From: a virus
Taxonomy: Duplodnaviria > Caudoviricetes
IMG/VR virus record: IMGVR_UViG_3300033520_000021
Coordinates: 1-24,980 of that record
DNA length: 24,980 nucleotides
Reading direction: 5' to 3' (one strand)
Positions 1-9,377 of the stretch are shown here, in pieces (the first letter of the stretch is position 1; each line of letters starts with the position of its first letter). The notes under the pieces are model-generated. The model was given only the letters and a program-made list of their open reading frames with translations, was not told where the DNA came from and did not search any database. Position numbers and translations under genes: made by a program.

Positions 1-12
1 ACCTGCGCTCAT
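1..12 (-). CDS. 5' end (MSAG...) of a gene running off the left edge; probably the large central tail/tip protein
   Basis: Minus strand reads GAGGAGGTCTT-ATG-AGC-GCA-GGT: strong SD and ATGA overlap with the stop of 9..254. Product is inferred only from the usual gene order after BR0599 and the two small genes. Confidence 0.5.
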
Positions 13-254
13 AAGACCTCCTCTCTGAGGTAGACAAAAGTTATAAGATTCAGAGCCATGACATCCTTAGTCTCTAGGAGCTTACTCGCTAGGACTCCGT
101 GTCGTATGGTCTCCTTCCAGTCAAAGTTATGTGTTGCAGCGAAGGCTTGCCACCCAGGGATACAACCCCCGAAGTATTCTCTCGCATCTGAAATGGTGAT
201 TCTCAGGTCATTAGCGTAAACTGCATCCTGTAGGTTCTCAAGGGTTATATTCAT
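9..254 (-). CDS. small tail-tip assembly protein (81 aa)
   Basis: Pattern 'C-x-x-G...F...H..DW.....GV.AS.L....D..AL' recalled from the small gene preceding the central tail protein in BR0599-type tail modules; ATGA coupling on both sides. Confidence 0.7.
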   Translation of the reverse strand: MNITLENLQDAVYANDLRITISDAREYFGGCIPGWQAFAATHNFDWKETIRHGVLASKLLETKDVMALNLITFVYLREEVL

Positions 255-502
255 CCTTTCTTACCTCCACCTGCGGGTGCATCGACTTTGACAATCTGGA
301 CATCTCCCCACCAAGCAATCAGAGGGGTCTTTATCATTCGGGAGCCAAAGAGAACCGGAATGTTAACCCCTTCTTCTACAGTTGGGGCTGTCATAGGTTC
401 AGGAACAGTGTTGTCCTCTTTGGGTTTCTGGTTGAAGATGCGAAAAATCCAGAGACCATTCGCAATCCCCTGCCAGCCTTTCGTTTGTTTTGACCAGTTC
501 AT
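251..502 (-). CDS. small tail-tip protein (83 aa)
   Basis: Motif 'PTVEEG..IPVLFG...IK.P...WWGD' and C-terminal GGGKKG typical of the gene after BR0599/DUF2163; ATGA overlaps. Confidence 0.75.
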   Translation of the reverse strand: MNWSKQTKGWQGIANGLWIFRIFNQKPKEDNTVPEPMTAPTVEEGVNIPVLFGSRMIKTPLIAWWGDVQIVKVDAPAGGGKKG

Positions 503-1227
503 AGTAAACCTGTCCTTTCCATTGGATTTGTCAGAGGGATATGTTCAAACCCCCCGAAGTTAAGAATATTAGCGAACCCTAGGCAAGCAGTGCTTGTTAG
601 GTTACACCCAGGGAAGAGGTCTGCATTTCCAGCTACCGCTGCATCTGTAGAAAATGCTGAGGAGAGCTCGAGAACAAGGTCTGTGTTACGGACAACTTTT
701 CTGCTCTCTCCGAGTTTCTCCACCAGACCTCCAGCGTAGAGATTAGGAACGACTGGATTCACCAGAGTCAGGAACTTCCCAGACACCGTGACAGGTAAGG
801 TGACTTTTCTCAGGTTCTTATCTGCACCGCAGGTTGGAGAATACAGAGTCTTCCAGCAGTGTAACGTGAACCTAGCCCCTGTCGGGTTTCTCGAGTCTGT
901 CCTCTCTGTACTATCCGTAGTTATCGTTATCTTCGTCCCTGACAGAGTTGCATTGATTACCCGACCTGTCCAGAGGAGAACCTTGTCCTCGAAAATCTCC
1001 ACTCCCCAGCCTTCACCTGGAAGGTCAAAGACTCTGCGTCTGCCAAAAGCATTTGTACTAGGCATGGTGAAGGTGACCTGACTCTTAACAAGGTTCCCAG
1101 AAAGTGTAAGCGCAGACCTAGAGATAGAAGATGCAGTGTAGACGAGTCCACCCCATGTTTCAGATAACAGATGAGGGGAAAACCCGATACTCTGAAGACC
1201 ATTGGTGAAACGATAAAGCTCCGCCAT
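499..1227 (-). CDS. phage BR0599/DUF2163-family tail tip protein (242 aa)
   Basis: N-terminal ELYRF, central C...LY...CG.D and C-terminal PGC......C..F.N..NFGGF..IP..NP; SD AAGGAGG. Confidence 0.85.
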   Translation of the reverse strand: MAELYRFTNGLQSIGFSPHLLSETWGGLVYTASSISRSALTLSGNLVKSQVTFTMPSTNAFGRRRVFDLPGEGWGVEIFEDKVLLWTGRVINATLSGTKITITTDSTERTDSRNPTGARFTLHCWKTLYSPTCGADKNLRKVTLPVTVSGKFLTLVNPVVPNLYAGGLVEKLGESRKVVRNTDLVLELSSAFSTDAAVAGNADLFPGCNLTSTACLGFANILNFGGFEHIPLTNPMERTGLL

Positions 1228-1301
1228 AATACCTCCTTGAAGATTGGTTAAAATAAAGGTACATATTAAAAAAGAACCGCCTACATAACAAGGAGAAAAT
1301 T

Positions 1302-1871
1302 ATGACTAAAGACGAGATACAGGTTTCACACGGCTCTGTTAACAAAGGTCAGGCAATCAACCTAGAGGAACCCGCATCAGCCGCAGTTCTCTCTGGACTG
1401 ATGTGGAAGAGACCGAAGAACGTTTCCCTGATTTACCAGATGAAACAATCGGGAAAACTTCCGCCTGAGTCCGCAGCCTCTTACCGAGAGAACATCATCT
1501 GGTATGTAGACTATCTGGAGAACCGCGCCACGAGAAAAGCAAATAATGTTGCAGAGGCAAGTCTGTTGCAAAAGATACAACTCGACAGAGCAAGGACAGA
1601 AGCCGAGTGGCTTAATCTGCGAGTCAAACGTGGAGAACTCGTAGACACTACAGACCTTGCGATTACCTTTGAGGGGTACTTTACCCTGATGCGCGGACAG
1701 TTAAACATGATAGCGAGGAAGTTTCCAGAGACAACAGAGGATGTGGACAATCTCCTGACTCACTGGAATGAGCTAGGTAGGGCTATGATTCAGCGAAGTT
1801 CTCAGGCTATAGAGAATTTTGTAGAGCGGGAGATGAACAAGGAGATAGACCTAGGAGAGAAAGATGAATGA
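1302..1871 (+). CDS. terS: terminase small subunit (lambda Nu1-like)
   Basis: Immediately upstream of TerL; 'DRARTEAEWLNLRVKRGELV' coiled-coil motif of Nu1-type TerS; SD AAGGAG. Confidence 0.8.
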   Translation: MTKDEIQVSHGSVNKGQAINLEEPASAAVLSGLMWKRPKNVSLIYQMKQSGKLPPESAASYRENIIWYVDYLENRATRKANNVAEASLLQKIQLDRARTEAEWLNLRVKRGELVDTTDLAITFEGYFTLMRGQLNMIARKFPETTEDVDNLLTHWNELGRAMIQRSSQAIENFVEREMNKEIDLGEKDE

Positions 1872-3876
1872 AATGATAGAGAAACCAGAGGCTGACAGCC
1901 AAGATGGTCTTAAGTTCGTCACAGAGGAAGGGTTCCTTGGGAGACTGTTCAGTCTAATGTTTGCCACAGAACGGCTGTCCACCCGTGAATACGCAGAGAA
2001 GAATATCATCTTGTCATCTGAGGTAACGGCAAATCCTGGAAGAGTCTCCTGTGACCGAACTCCCTGCTTCAAGGGTTTTCTTAAATATGCAGATGACCCA
2101 AAGACTAGGGTAATCATTGCAAAGAAGTCTGCACAGATTGGCTGGACACAGATAGTGAACTTCTTTATCGAGAACAAGATTGTCAATGACCCACAGAATA
2201 TCATCATTGCTTTTCCCTGTGAGAGCCTAGCGAAAAGTTACTCTGAAGAAAAGTGGCGACCTGCGGTTAAGAACTCCCAGACGTTAACGGCTCTGATTGG
2301 AGACCCCAGTAAGTCTAGGTTTGACTTTTTCAAATATCCAGGTGGCTGGCTTAAATTCAGCTCCGCAGGTAGTGTAAATGGTCTGACGAGTTCATCTGCG
2401 GCGTTTCTAATTGCAGAGGAACCAGATAGGTTCTCTAGGGACTTGAAAGGTCAGGGCGGGTCTCTGGACATTTTTCTGGAACGCTGTAAGACCTTCACTA
2501 ACTCGTTGCTAATCTACGGAGGGACTCCAGTCGAGGAAGGATTTTCCAACGTAGATGATGCGTATGAACTCTCGAATAAATTTGTTTTCATGTGCAGATG
2601 CCACGACTGCAAGGGGTTTCACGTTTTTGGTTTCGACCATCTGAAAGCAGATGTTTACCTTGACAAGAGAGTGAGCAAGACTTTTGGAATCTATGACCCT
2701 GAGACAGCGTACTACGAGTGTCCTCACTGCCAGAGCCGCTGGACAGAGGAACAGAAAAACGAGAATCTTCTCGAGTCTACGAAGTACCATGACGAGGGTT
2801 GGCTGGAAACCGCCCAGTCTCACTTTGTGGGTTTTGCGTTTAATAGTCTAATGAGTACCTTTGGAGCTGGAGCTTCTATGGTCTCTCTAATGAGTAAAAA
2901 ACTTGAAGCCGAGGTTGAGCAAGCCAAAGGCAAAGACGCAAAGCTGAAAACCTTTACAAATAACTCTATGGGTCTGAGCTACGCACCGAAGGACTCTAGT
3001 ATGGATGTCAAGACACTGATTCAGTGCAGGCTAAACTATGCAGAAATGACAGTCCCTGCGGGTGGTCTTGTCCTGACAATGGGGGTAGACGTTCAGCTAA
3101 ATCGACTGGCTGTAGTCATCAATGCTAGGGGACGGAATGGACTTGTCTGGAAAGTCTGGTGGGGGGAAATATTCGGTAATCCGCCTGACCCTGCGGATGG
3201 AGTCTGGACAGACCTTGAGGAACTCTACATGTCGAGAATCCCTCATGCGTTCCACACACCTGAGAAACCGATTCTTATGCAAATCTCCGCAATGTCTATA
3301 GACACAGGGAACTGGACAAGTGTCGTCTACAACTGGGTGAAGAAAATCAGCAAGCTGAAGCCCTATACATTTGCCACCAAAGGGGATAACTCTGCGGGCG
3401 TAACTGCTAGGGAAATCTTCACTATGCCTAGTGACCCAGAAGCAGATACTGGACGAGGTGAACGCAAGAAACTCTATGAGACCATGAACGTCAACCTGTA
3501 TGTCATTGGGGTTCAGAAGTCTAAGAAAGAGGTGCTTCGTAAGCTTGCCCTGACAGTCAAAGATTTCAGGGATAAGAGTCTGAAACAACCTCTATCTGGT
3601 ATCAAGGACAGGGCATATCACTACGCATCTATCAGAGAGGATTATGAAGACCAAGTTCTATCCGAGAGAGAGAAGGGAAACCCAAGTCGATTCACCTTGA
3701 TTGCAGGTCGCAGGAACGAGGCTTTAGATTGTGAAGTCCTTGACCTTCATGCCTCATACGGGTTAAAACTTCATACTTATCAGGAGAAGCACTGGAAACA
3801 AGTGGAGGACAGCATCCTGAAAATCAGATTACCCTCTGTGGCTTCTCAAACCGTAACATCTGGACTAGGAATTTAA
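1864..3876 (+). CDS. terL: terminase large subunit, lambda gpA family
   Basis: Walker A-like KKSAQIGWT, Walker B-like FLIAEEPD, GGTP, two CxxC pairs (CHDC, CPHC), nuclease motifs LTMGVDVQ, IDTG and RNEALDC. Confidence 0.95.
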   Translation: MNEMIEKPEADSQDGLKFVTEEGFLGRLFSLMFATERLSTREYAEKNIILSSEVTANPGRVSCDRTPCFKGFLKYADDPKTRVIIAKKSAQIGWTQIVNFFIENKIVNDPQNIIIAFPCESLAKSYSEEKWRPAVKNSQTLTALIGDPSKSRFDFFKYPGGWLKFSSAGSVNGLTSSSAAFLIAEEPDRFSRDLKGQGGSLDIFLERCKTFTNSLLIYGGTPVEEGFSNVDDAYELSNKFVFMCRCHDCKGFHVFGFDHLKADVYLDKRVSKTFGIYDPETAYYECPHCQSRWTEEQKNENLLESTKYHDEGWLETAQSHFVGFAFNSLMSTFGAGASMVSLMSKKLEAEVEQAKGKDAKLKTFTNNSMGLSYAPKDSSMDVKTLIQCRLNYAEMTVPAGGLVLTMGVDVQLNRLAVVINARGRNGLVWKVWWGEIFGNPPDPADGVWTDLEELYMSRIPHAFHTPEKPILMQISAMSIDTGNWTSVVYNWVKKISKLKPYTFATKGDNSAGVTAREIFTMPSDPEADTGRGERKKLYETMNVNLYVIGVQKSKKEVLRKLALTVKDFRDKSLKQPLSGIKDRAYHYASIREDYEDQVLSEREKGNPSRFTLIAGRRNEALDCEVLDLHASYGLKLHTYQEKHWKQVEDSILKIRLPSVASQTVTSGLGI

Positions 3877-3877
3877 T

Positions 3878-4135
3878 ATGCCATCCCTTGCTCAATTACA
3901 AGCAGACCTTGTGGCGGTGGAGACTGCGTGGACAGCTCTACTCGAAAACAAACGGGTTTCTCGACTTTCTCTAGGTACAGGGAGTACTCGAAGAGATTAC
4001 ACAATGCAGGAAATTAACCAGACCCTTCTGCTGGCTGAACGAAAGCGACTCCAGAATGAGATTGCCACACTGACCGCAGAGACCGTTGTCTACAGAAACT
4101 CATCTGTCTGTCACACCAGACATAGGAAGATATAA
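3878..4135 (+). CDS. head-to-tail joining protein (gpW-like)
   Basis: 85-aa helix-hairpin-helix type ORF between terL and portal, the position of lambda W. Confidence 0.7.
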   Translation: MPSLAQLQADLVAVETAWTALLENKRVSRLSLGTGSTRRDYTMQEINQTLLLAERKRLQNEIATLTAETVVYRNSSVCHTRHRKI

Positions 4136-5592
4136 TGGCTAGAATAAAACAACACAGTGCCTTCGAGGGAGCGACAACCGGCTTTCGGATGGAACAGAAA
4201 GGTCTGCTCAGTGGTTCGGCGGATGCTCTGGCAGCTCGAGAAATCGAGTTCCTTCGGCAACGTAGTCATCACCTGTGCAGAAACAACGCCCTTGCAGTGA
4301 CTGCGAGAGCCAAACTCATTGCTCACTGGATAGGCGCAGGAATCAAGGTAAAATTCAACAACAAAGCTGTGCAGAAAGAGTGGGATGGATTTATCAAGGC
4401 TCCTTCTGTAGATGGCTGGGGGAACCTGTATAATCTACAGAGTCTCTGGGCAGCTGGGTACTTTGAATCTGGAGAAATATTCACTAGGATGATTATTCGG
4501 GAAAACTCAGGGTCAAAGGTTCCGTTGCTACTCCAGACTCTGGAAGCTGAACAACTTGACATCAACTATGTGTCAGGGATAGATGTGAAGCTAGGGATAA
4601 AGTTTAGTTCAGAGGGCAAACCCCTGAGTTACAATTTCTGGAAAGAATACCCTGGAAATAATTTTTTCAGTCAGAACTGTGAACGGGTTGAGGTTCCTGC
4701 GGCAGATGTTCTGCATATCTTTCAGAGAGACAGACCCGGTCAGTGGCGTGGTATTCCTAAACTTGCCAGTGTCCTACTTCCTCTCTATGAAATAGATGAA
4801 CTCATGGATGCAACTCTGGTGAGACAGAAACTGGCTCAGATTGTTGCTTGGGTTGTGGAGACTGAGGGAGATATGCCACCCGTTCTAGGAACCACAGATG
4901 CAGAAATTGACCCAGAAGAGCCAACGTCTAGGGGGCGGAGTTCTCAGGTTCAGACGATTCTCCCAGGTGGAATCCATTACTTTCGCAACGGAGAGAAGAT
5001 AAAATTCGCCTCGACCGAAGATATAGGGAATAATCTTGTGACCTTTCTGGTGACAGAGATTCGACTGATTGCATCTGCCCTTGGACTGACGTATGAGCAA
5101 CTGACAGGAGACCTTTCCAGTGTGAACTTCTCCTCTATCCGTGCAGGGCTTATCGAGATGCGCAAAGCAGTGTCTCTGGTTCAACAACAAGTGTTTATCA
5201 ATCTGGCTCTGGAGCCTCTGGTTCAGAGGTTCAAAGAACTAGGTGGGGTCTATGTCAGTGGAAGCTTCCCTGCATCAAAGCATACCTTTGTCTTACCGAA
5301 GAATGAATGGGTAGACCCTCTGAAAGATGTTCAGGCTGATGTTGAAGAAATCCGCGCTGGTCTGGCAACCTTTGAAGATAAACTTGCAGAACGAGGAGTC
5401 GAGGACATTGACGCACACATAGCAATGCTAAAAGCGTTCCAGAAACTGGACTTGACACTGACGACAAACCCAGAGAAGATGAAGACAACAGAGGATACTC
5501 AGGGAGCAGCACCGGTGACCGGAGCCAAACCCGCAGATGCAGCCTCAGCCTCGAAACCTAAACCCACTAAACAACCGGAGAAACCAGAATGA
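4135..5592 (+). CDS. portal protein, lambda family
   Basis: Motifs LRQRSHHLCRNN, HIFQRDRPGQWRGIP, YEQLTGDLSSVNFSSIRAG, WVDPLKD. Confidence 0.95.
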   Translation: MARIKQHSAFEGATTGFRMEQKGLLSGSADALAAREIEFLRQRSHHLCRNNALAVTARAKLIAHWIGAGIKVKFNNKAVQKEWDGFIKAPSVDGWGNLYNLQSLWAAGYFESGEIFTRMIIRENSGSKVPLLLQTLEAEQLDINYVSGIDVKLGIKFSSEGKPLSYNFWKEYPGNNFFSQNCERVEVPAADVLHIFQRDRPGQWRGIPKLASVLLPLYEIDELMDATLVRQKLAQIVAWVVETEGDMPPVLGTTDAEIDPEEPTSRGRSSQVQTILPGGIHYFRNGEKIKFASTEDIGNNLVTFLVTEIRLIASALGLTYEQLTGDLSSVNFSSIRAGLIEMRKAVSLVQQQVFINLALEPLVQRFKELGGVYVSGSFPASKHTFVLPKNEWVDPLKDVQADVEEIRAGLATFEDKLAERGVEDIDAHIAMLKAFQKLDLTLTTNPEKMKTTEDTQGAAPVTGAKPADAASASKPKPTKQPEKPE

Positions 5593-6857
5593 AATACCTA
5601 AGACTTTTAGCTCGCCTAGAGGGAGCTTGTCTGCTCATCACTGAGGACAAACTCAGGCTTATCACAGAGAAGGTAACACTACCGATTTTTCTAGGTCAGT
5701 CCGAGACTGTAGAGCATCTCCCTGCTGGTAGTCTCGTGGCTTACCGAGGTGATGCTGTCTCTGCTGGAACCCAGAACCTTCCAAAGGTAGGAGTCATCGA
5801 GGTCTTTGACTCCCTTGTCTCGAAGTCTGCATCTGCTGCCAGCGGGATGACATCCTATCAAAGCATTGCGGCACAGATTGATTCCGCCGTTGCTCAGGGG
5901 TTCTCGAAGATTATATTCAACATTGACTCTCCTGGAGGGGAAGCGTCTGGATTATTCTCCCTGACAGATAAAATCCGTAAACTTGCAGACCGAGGCATTG
6001 AGACCATTGCGTATGCTGACGGCATGGCTTGTTCTGCGGCTTATGGAATCTTCGCTGCCTGCCAGAAAACCTACGCAACAGAGACCTCGATTCTCGGTTC
6101 AATCGGAGTCCTGATGGTTCATGTAGATACATCTGTGAAAGATGCTGCGGACGGGAAAACCTACACCATCTTGCGAAGTAAATCTGAAAAAGCCCTTGGA
6201 GACTCACACTCACCACTTACGGAGCAAGCCGTCTCGAAAATGCAGCTTTTGCTTGACACAATGGATGCAGCATTTAATAATGACATTTCAGCAAGCAGGG
6301 GCTTGTCTGTAGACCAGATTAAGTCTATGAAAGGCTCTGAGTTCATGGCAGGTGATGCCCTGAAACTCGGTCTTGTAGATAAAATTGTATCCGGTTTTGA
6401 TGAAGCCCTGAATATTTCTCTAAACTCAAACTCAACCCTGAAAGGAGGTCTTATGACCCACGAAGAAGCCTTAAGTAAAGTCCTGTCCCTAGAGGCAGAT
6501 AAAGCTGCTCTAGAAGCTGCTGTTGTAGATTTGACTACAAAAGTCTCTGCCGCTTCAGATTCTGCCGCTGTTGTTGCCTCTGCACTTGCAGCCCAGAAAG
6601 TTGAATTCACCTCTCTGCTTGCAACTGCCCCTACCTTGCGTATGGATGCAGAAACCGTTGCAGGGATTCTTGAAGACAGTCCAACCATTGCCTCTGCCTT
6701 GGTCACTATGAAACATGTTGCGAAGTTTGCAGGTGCAGCAATTTCTGGTGCATCTGGCTTGCAATCTACAGTTACCCTTTCAGCAGAAGATAAAGAATCT
6801 GCGGACAAGGTTTCAGATGCACTAGCTGCATACCACAAAGCCACTGGAGTTAAATAA
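5589..6857 (+). CDS. S49-family prohead protease (lambda gpC-like) with C-terminal scaffold region
   Basis: IDSPGG, ACSAAY (catalytic Ser), GSIGV motifs; Ala-rich helical C-terminal third. Confidence 0.92.
   Translation: MKYLRLLARLEGACLLITEDKLRLITEKVTLPIFLGQSETVEHLPAGSLVAYRGDAVSAGTQNLPKVGVIEVFDSLVSKSASAASGMTSYQSIAAQIDSAVAQGFSKIIFNIDSPGGEASGLFSLTDKIRKLADRGIETIAYADGMACSAAYGIFAACQKTYATETSILGSIGVLMVHVDTSVKDAADGKTYTILRSKSEKALGDSHSPLTEQAVSKMQLLLDTMDAAFNNDISASRGLSVDQIKSMKGSEFMAGDALKLGLVDKIVSGFDEALNISLNSNSTLKGGLMTHEEALSKVLSLEADKAALEAAVVDLTTKVSAASDSAAVVASALAAQKVEFTSLLATAPTLRMDAETVAGILEDSPTIASALVTMKHVAKFAGAAISGASGLQSTVTLSAEDKESADKVSDALAAYHKATGVK
6453..6857 (+). CDS. nested in-frame scaffolding protein (lambda Nu3-like, 134 aa)
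   Basis: Internal AAAGGAGGTCTT-ATG at 6453, in frame with 5589 (288 codons in); same arrangement as lambda C/Nu3. Confidence 0.75.
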   Translation: MTHEEALSKVLSLEADKAALEAAVVDLTTKVSAASDSAAVVASALAAQKVEFTSLLATAPTLRMDAETVAGILEDSPTIASALVTMKHVAKFAGAAISGASGLQSTVTLSAEDKESADKVSDALAAYHKATGVK

Positions 6858-6859
6858 TC

Positions 6860-7258
6860 ATGCAAGAAGCCACTTTTCTGCCAGATACTAGTCTTGCTAG
6901 TCCAGACGTAGAAACCAAAACCATGTTGGCTCTAGCCAATATTGCAGTTATCCCTGCGTTTACGCCGATGAAACGAAATGCAGATAAGAAAATCATCCCT
7001 GCGACTTCAGGGGCAGATAATATCATCGGTCTGACTGTCCCTATGCACGGTTCAGGTTTTATCGAACAACTCGGTTTGCCTATTTCTGCAACAGATACTC
7101 TGATTGCAGTTTACACAGAGGCGAAAGTCTACAATGGGGCAATCAACTGGGCAATCATTACCGCTGCAAACCCTACAACTATTGACACAGATGCTAAGAA
7201 ACAGGCTTGTTTCGACAACACTGAAGTTGATGTTATCTTCAACACTGCTGGTTTCTAA
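6860..7258 (+). CDS. head decoration protein (gpD-like)
   Basis: 132 aa between protease and capsid; 'AVYTEAKVYNGAINW' resembles the gpD-family VY..G.F....L.W motif. Confidence 0.75.
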   Translation: MQEATFLPDTSLASPDVETKTMLALANIAVIPAFTPMKRNADKKIIPATSGADNIIGLTVPMHGSGFIEQLGLPISATDTLIAVYTEAKVYNGAINWAIITAANPTTIDTDAKKQACFDNTEVDVIFNTAGF

Positions 7259-7269
7259 GGAGAATCCTC

Positions 7270-8340
7270 ATGCCTTTAAATTTTTACTCCCACGCAGAAA
7301 TCACTGGAATCCTTCAAGAGGGAAACCTAGACTTCCAGCCGTTCATGTCTTTGAACTTTTCTGCACAACACGTCACGAACGAGGACAGAATCTACTTTGA
7401 CAAAATCGAAGCAGATAAACGTATCTCGGTTTTCCAATCTGCCAGAATTCCAGGTGTTGCTCGGACTTCCAAGGGTTATCAAACAGAAAGCTACAAACCT
7501 GGGTACATCAAAGATAAAGAGTTGATTCTGCCTAACCATGTTCGTACTCGCAGAGCTGGTCAGCCAATGAGTAAACCCCTGAATCCTGCTGAAAACTACA
7601 TGGCAACCTTGGTAGACAAAGCAGCGTTGTTGGTTGAACGGTTCCGTAGAAGTCTGGAAATCATGGCAACAGATTTGCTCTTGAATGACAGTTATTCAAT
7701 GGCAGGTTCTGGAATCAACCCAGCAGATGCGACGATTTCATTTGGTCGAGACCCCCTGAACACGAAAACCCTGTTGACCACTGCACGTTGGCTGGACGCA
7801 AATACAGGCGTTAGTCCTTGGGATGACCTTGAGGCTTGGTTGAACCTGCCGAAGTCTGCCCCTGTTAAGAAAATCGTCATGGGTAACGCAGCTTGGCGTT
7901 ATCTGAAACGTGATGCAAAGTTTACCACTATGGTAAATCTGGAAGCTCTGCGCGGCACAACTACGGACAACCTACCTGGTTTTCAGGTTGCAAATCCCAA
8001 GGCAATGGGTGGCGTAACTTTCCGAGGTACAGTCTATGGAACAGGTATTCCCATCTATACCTACGCTGATACCTATGTGAACCTTGCTGGAGTAGAGACT
8101 CTGTATGTCCCTACTGATGCAGTCATCGGTATTCCGGATGCGAGTTATGGTTTTCAATGCTTTGCCTCCATCGAGGACGCATACGCTAACTACATGGGTA
8201 TGGAGTACTTCATGCGTAACTGGATGAGTGAAGACCCTGCGAATCCACAAATCATGTTGCAGTCTGCACCTTTGATGGCACATACCAAGATTGACTCCAC
8301 CTTCGGAGTCCATACTGGTGCAACGGCTACAGGAGCCTAA
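7270..8340 (+). CDS. major capsid protein, lambda gpE family
   Basis: SYKPGYIKDK, RRAGQP, C-terminal W.SEDP....IMLQSAPL; SD AAGGAG. Confidence 0.93.
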   Translation: MPLNFYSHAEITGILQEGNLDFQPFMSLNFSAQHVTNEDRIYFDKIEADKRISVFQSARIPGVARTSKGYQTESYKPGYIKDKELILPNHVRTRRAGQPMSKPLNPAENYMATLVDKAALLVERFRRSLEIMATDLLLNDSYSMAGSGINPADATISFGRDPLNTKTLLTTARWLDANTGVSPWDDLEAWLNLPKSAPVKKIVMGNAAWRYLKRDAKFTTMVNLEALRGTTTDNLPGFQVANPKAMGGVTFRGTVYGTGIPIYTYADTYVNLAGVETLYVPTDAVIGIPDASYGFQCFASIEDAYANYMGMEYFMRNWMSEDPANPQIMLQSAPLMAHTKIDSTFGVHTGATATGA

Positions 8341-8343
8341 GCC

Positions 8344-9015
8344 ATGAGTAGAGCGACAGATAGAGATTTTGAAGCCTTTGGTGCTGCCTTCAAGAATCAC
8401 CTGTCTGTCGCTCTCTCTAACTCCATGAAAAAAGCAATTGGGGACTTAGACAGAGAAATTGCCGAAACAGTCAGAAAGGTTTTCTGGTATCCCAGTGACC
8501 CTAGTAAACTCGCAGTCCGCAGGTTTGAAACCAAAGGCGCGAGGTTTGCCAGTGCGAGTCTGACATATCGGTTTGAAGCAGTTTCTCTCTCTAAGTACCC
8601 TATGAAACAGATAAGATTGACGACTGGGAACAGTAGGCTCAAGGTCACAAGAGGCGGAGGTCAGGGGGGCGGACATGGGTTTATTTCTCGCCCTACACCG
8701 ATTAGCCAGACCGTGACGATGTTTAAGCTCCGCAAGTCCGATGGATGGAGAACTGTTATGGGGAGAATCAGATACAGACACAAGGGTTTTCTGCACACAG
8801 GGTCAAAGGGTAGGTTTGCCTCGGCAGTCTTTGAACGTAGTCAGAAAGCTACTTGGTCAGGTGGTGTCCGTCAGCCGATTCATAAACTCTATGGAGCTTC
8901 TCTGGTCAGGCTACTCCATAGCCATGAGCTACAGGCACTTTTGAAGGAGTCTCGAGTTTTCGAGAAGTTCCAGAATGACTTTTACAAATCCCTTACACTG
9001 TCTGTGAGAAAATAA
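8344..9015 (+). CDS. minor tail/neck protein (gpZ-like)
   Basis: Basic 223-aa protein with 'VFER.........RQPIHKLYGAS' resembling the gpZ-family R.PI..LYGPS motif. Confidence 0.6.
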   Translation: MSRATDRDFEAFGAAFKNHLSVALSNSMKKAIGDLDREIAETVRKVFWYPSDPSKLAVRRFETKGARFASASLTYRFEAVSLSKYPMKQIRLTTGNSRLKVTRGGGQGGGHGFISRPTPISQTVTMFKLRKSDGWRTVMGRIRYRHKGFLHTGSKGRFASAVFERSQKATWSGGVRQPIHKLYGASLVRLLHSHELQALLKESRVFEKFQNDFYKSLTLSVRK

Positions 9016-9377
9016 TGCTAAATGTTGAGCCTATAGACTTTGCCCTTGAGATTGCAGGAACTTACCTGAACTTCCCTAGACGAGATAACCCTGACCCTCT
9101 TGGACAACCTCTCCCAGCCTTCTCTATTCCCTCTGTCCCAAACTTTGACATGTTTCATGTAGAAGCCCATAACGCAGGAACGATTACAGAGGAAGCATAC
9201 TTCGACTTCATGGTTAAGTCTACAGACGAAGCTTTCTGGAACATTGCCGAGGGTAATCTTTGCTCTTGTGCAGATGAAACTTATGTCTACTCTTTTGTCA
9301 TCTCAGATAGCCCTAAACCAGACATGACTGGCTGGAGTATCCTGAGAGCTAACTATATAGGTAAAGCTTATGTTTAA
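9015..9377 (+). CDS. head-tail joining/closure protein (gpFII-like)
   Basis: 120 aa; C-terminal 'F.I...P.PD.TGW..L' pattern of head-closure proteins; position in neck cluster. Confidence 0.55.
   Translation: MLNVEPIDFALEIAGTYLNFPRRDNPDPLGQPLPAFSIPSVPNFDMFHVEAHNAGTITEEAYFDFMVKSTDEAFWNIAEGNLCSCADETYVYSFVISDSPKPDMTGWSILRANYIGKAYV

Noticed and set aside
1271-1282. 12-mer AAAGAACCGCCT shared with 23542-23553
   Set aside because: Several chance 12-mer matches are expected in 25 kb; there is no flanking similarity.
2401-2430. TerL Walker B reading EE rather than DE
   Set aside because: Conservative change with all other terminase motifs intact; no evidence of inactivation.
6161-6865. 234-aa antisense ORF, and similar shadow ORFs at 10037-10720, 12950-13450 and 17523-18101
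   Set aside because: They lie opposite well-supported structural genes and show no SD or recognisable motifs.
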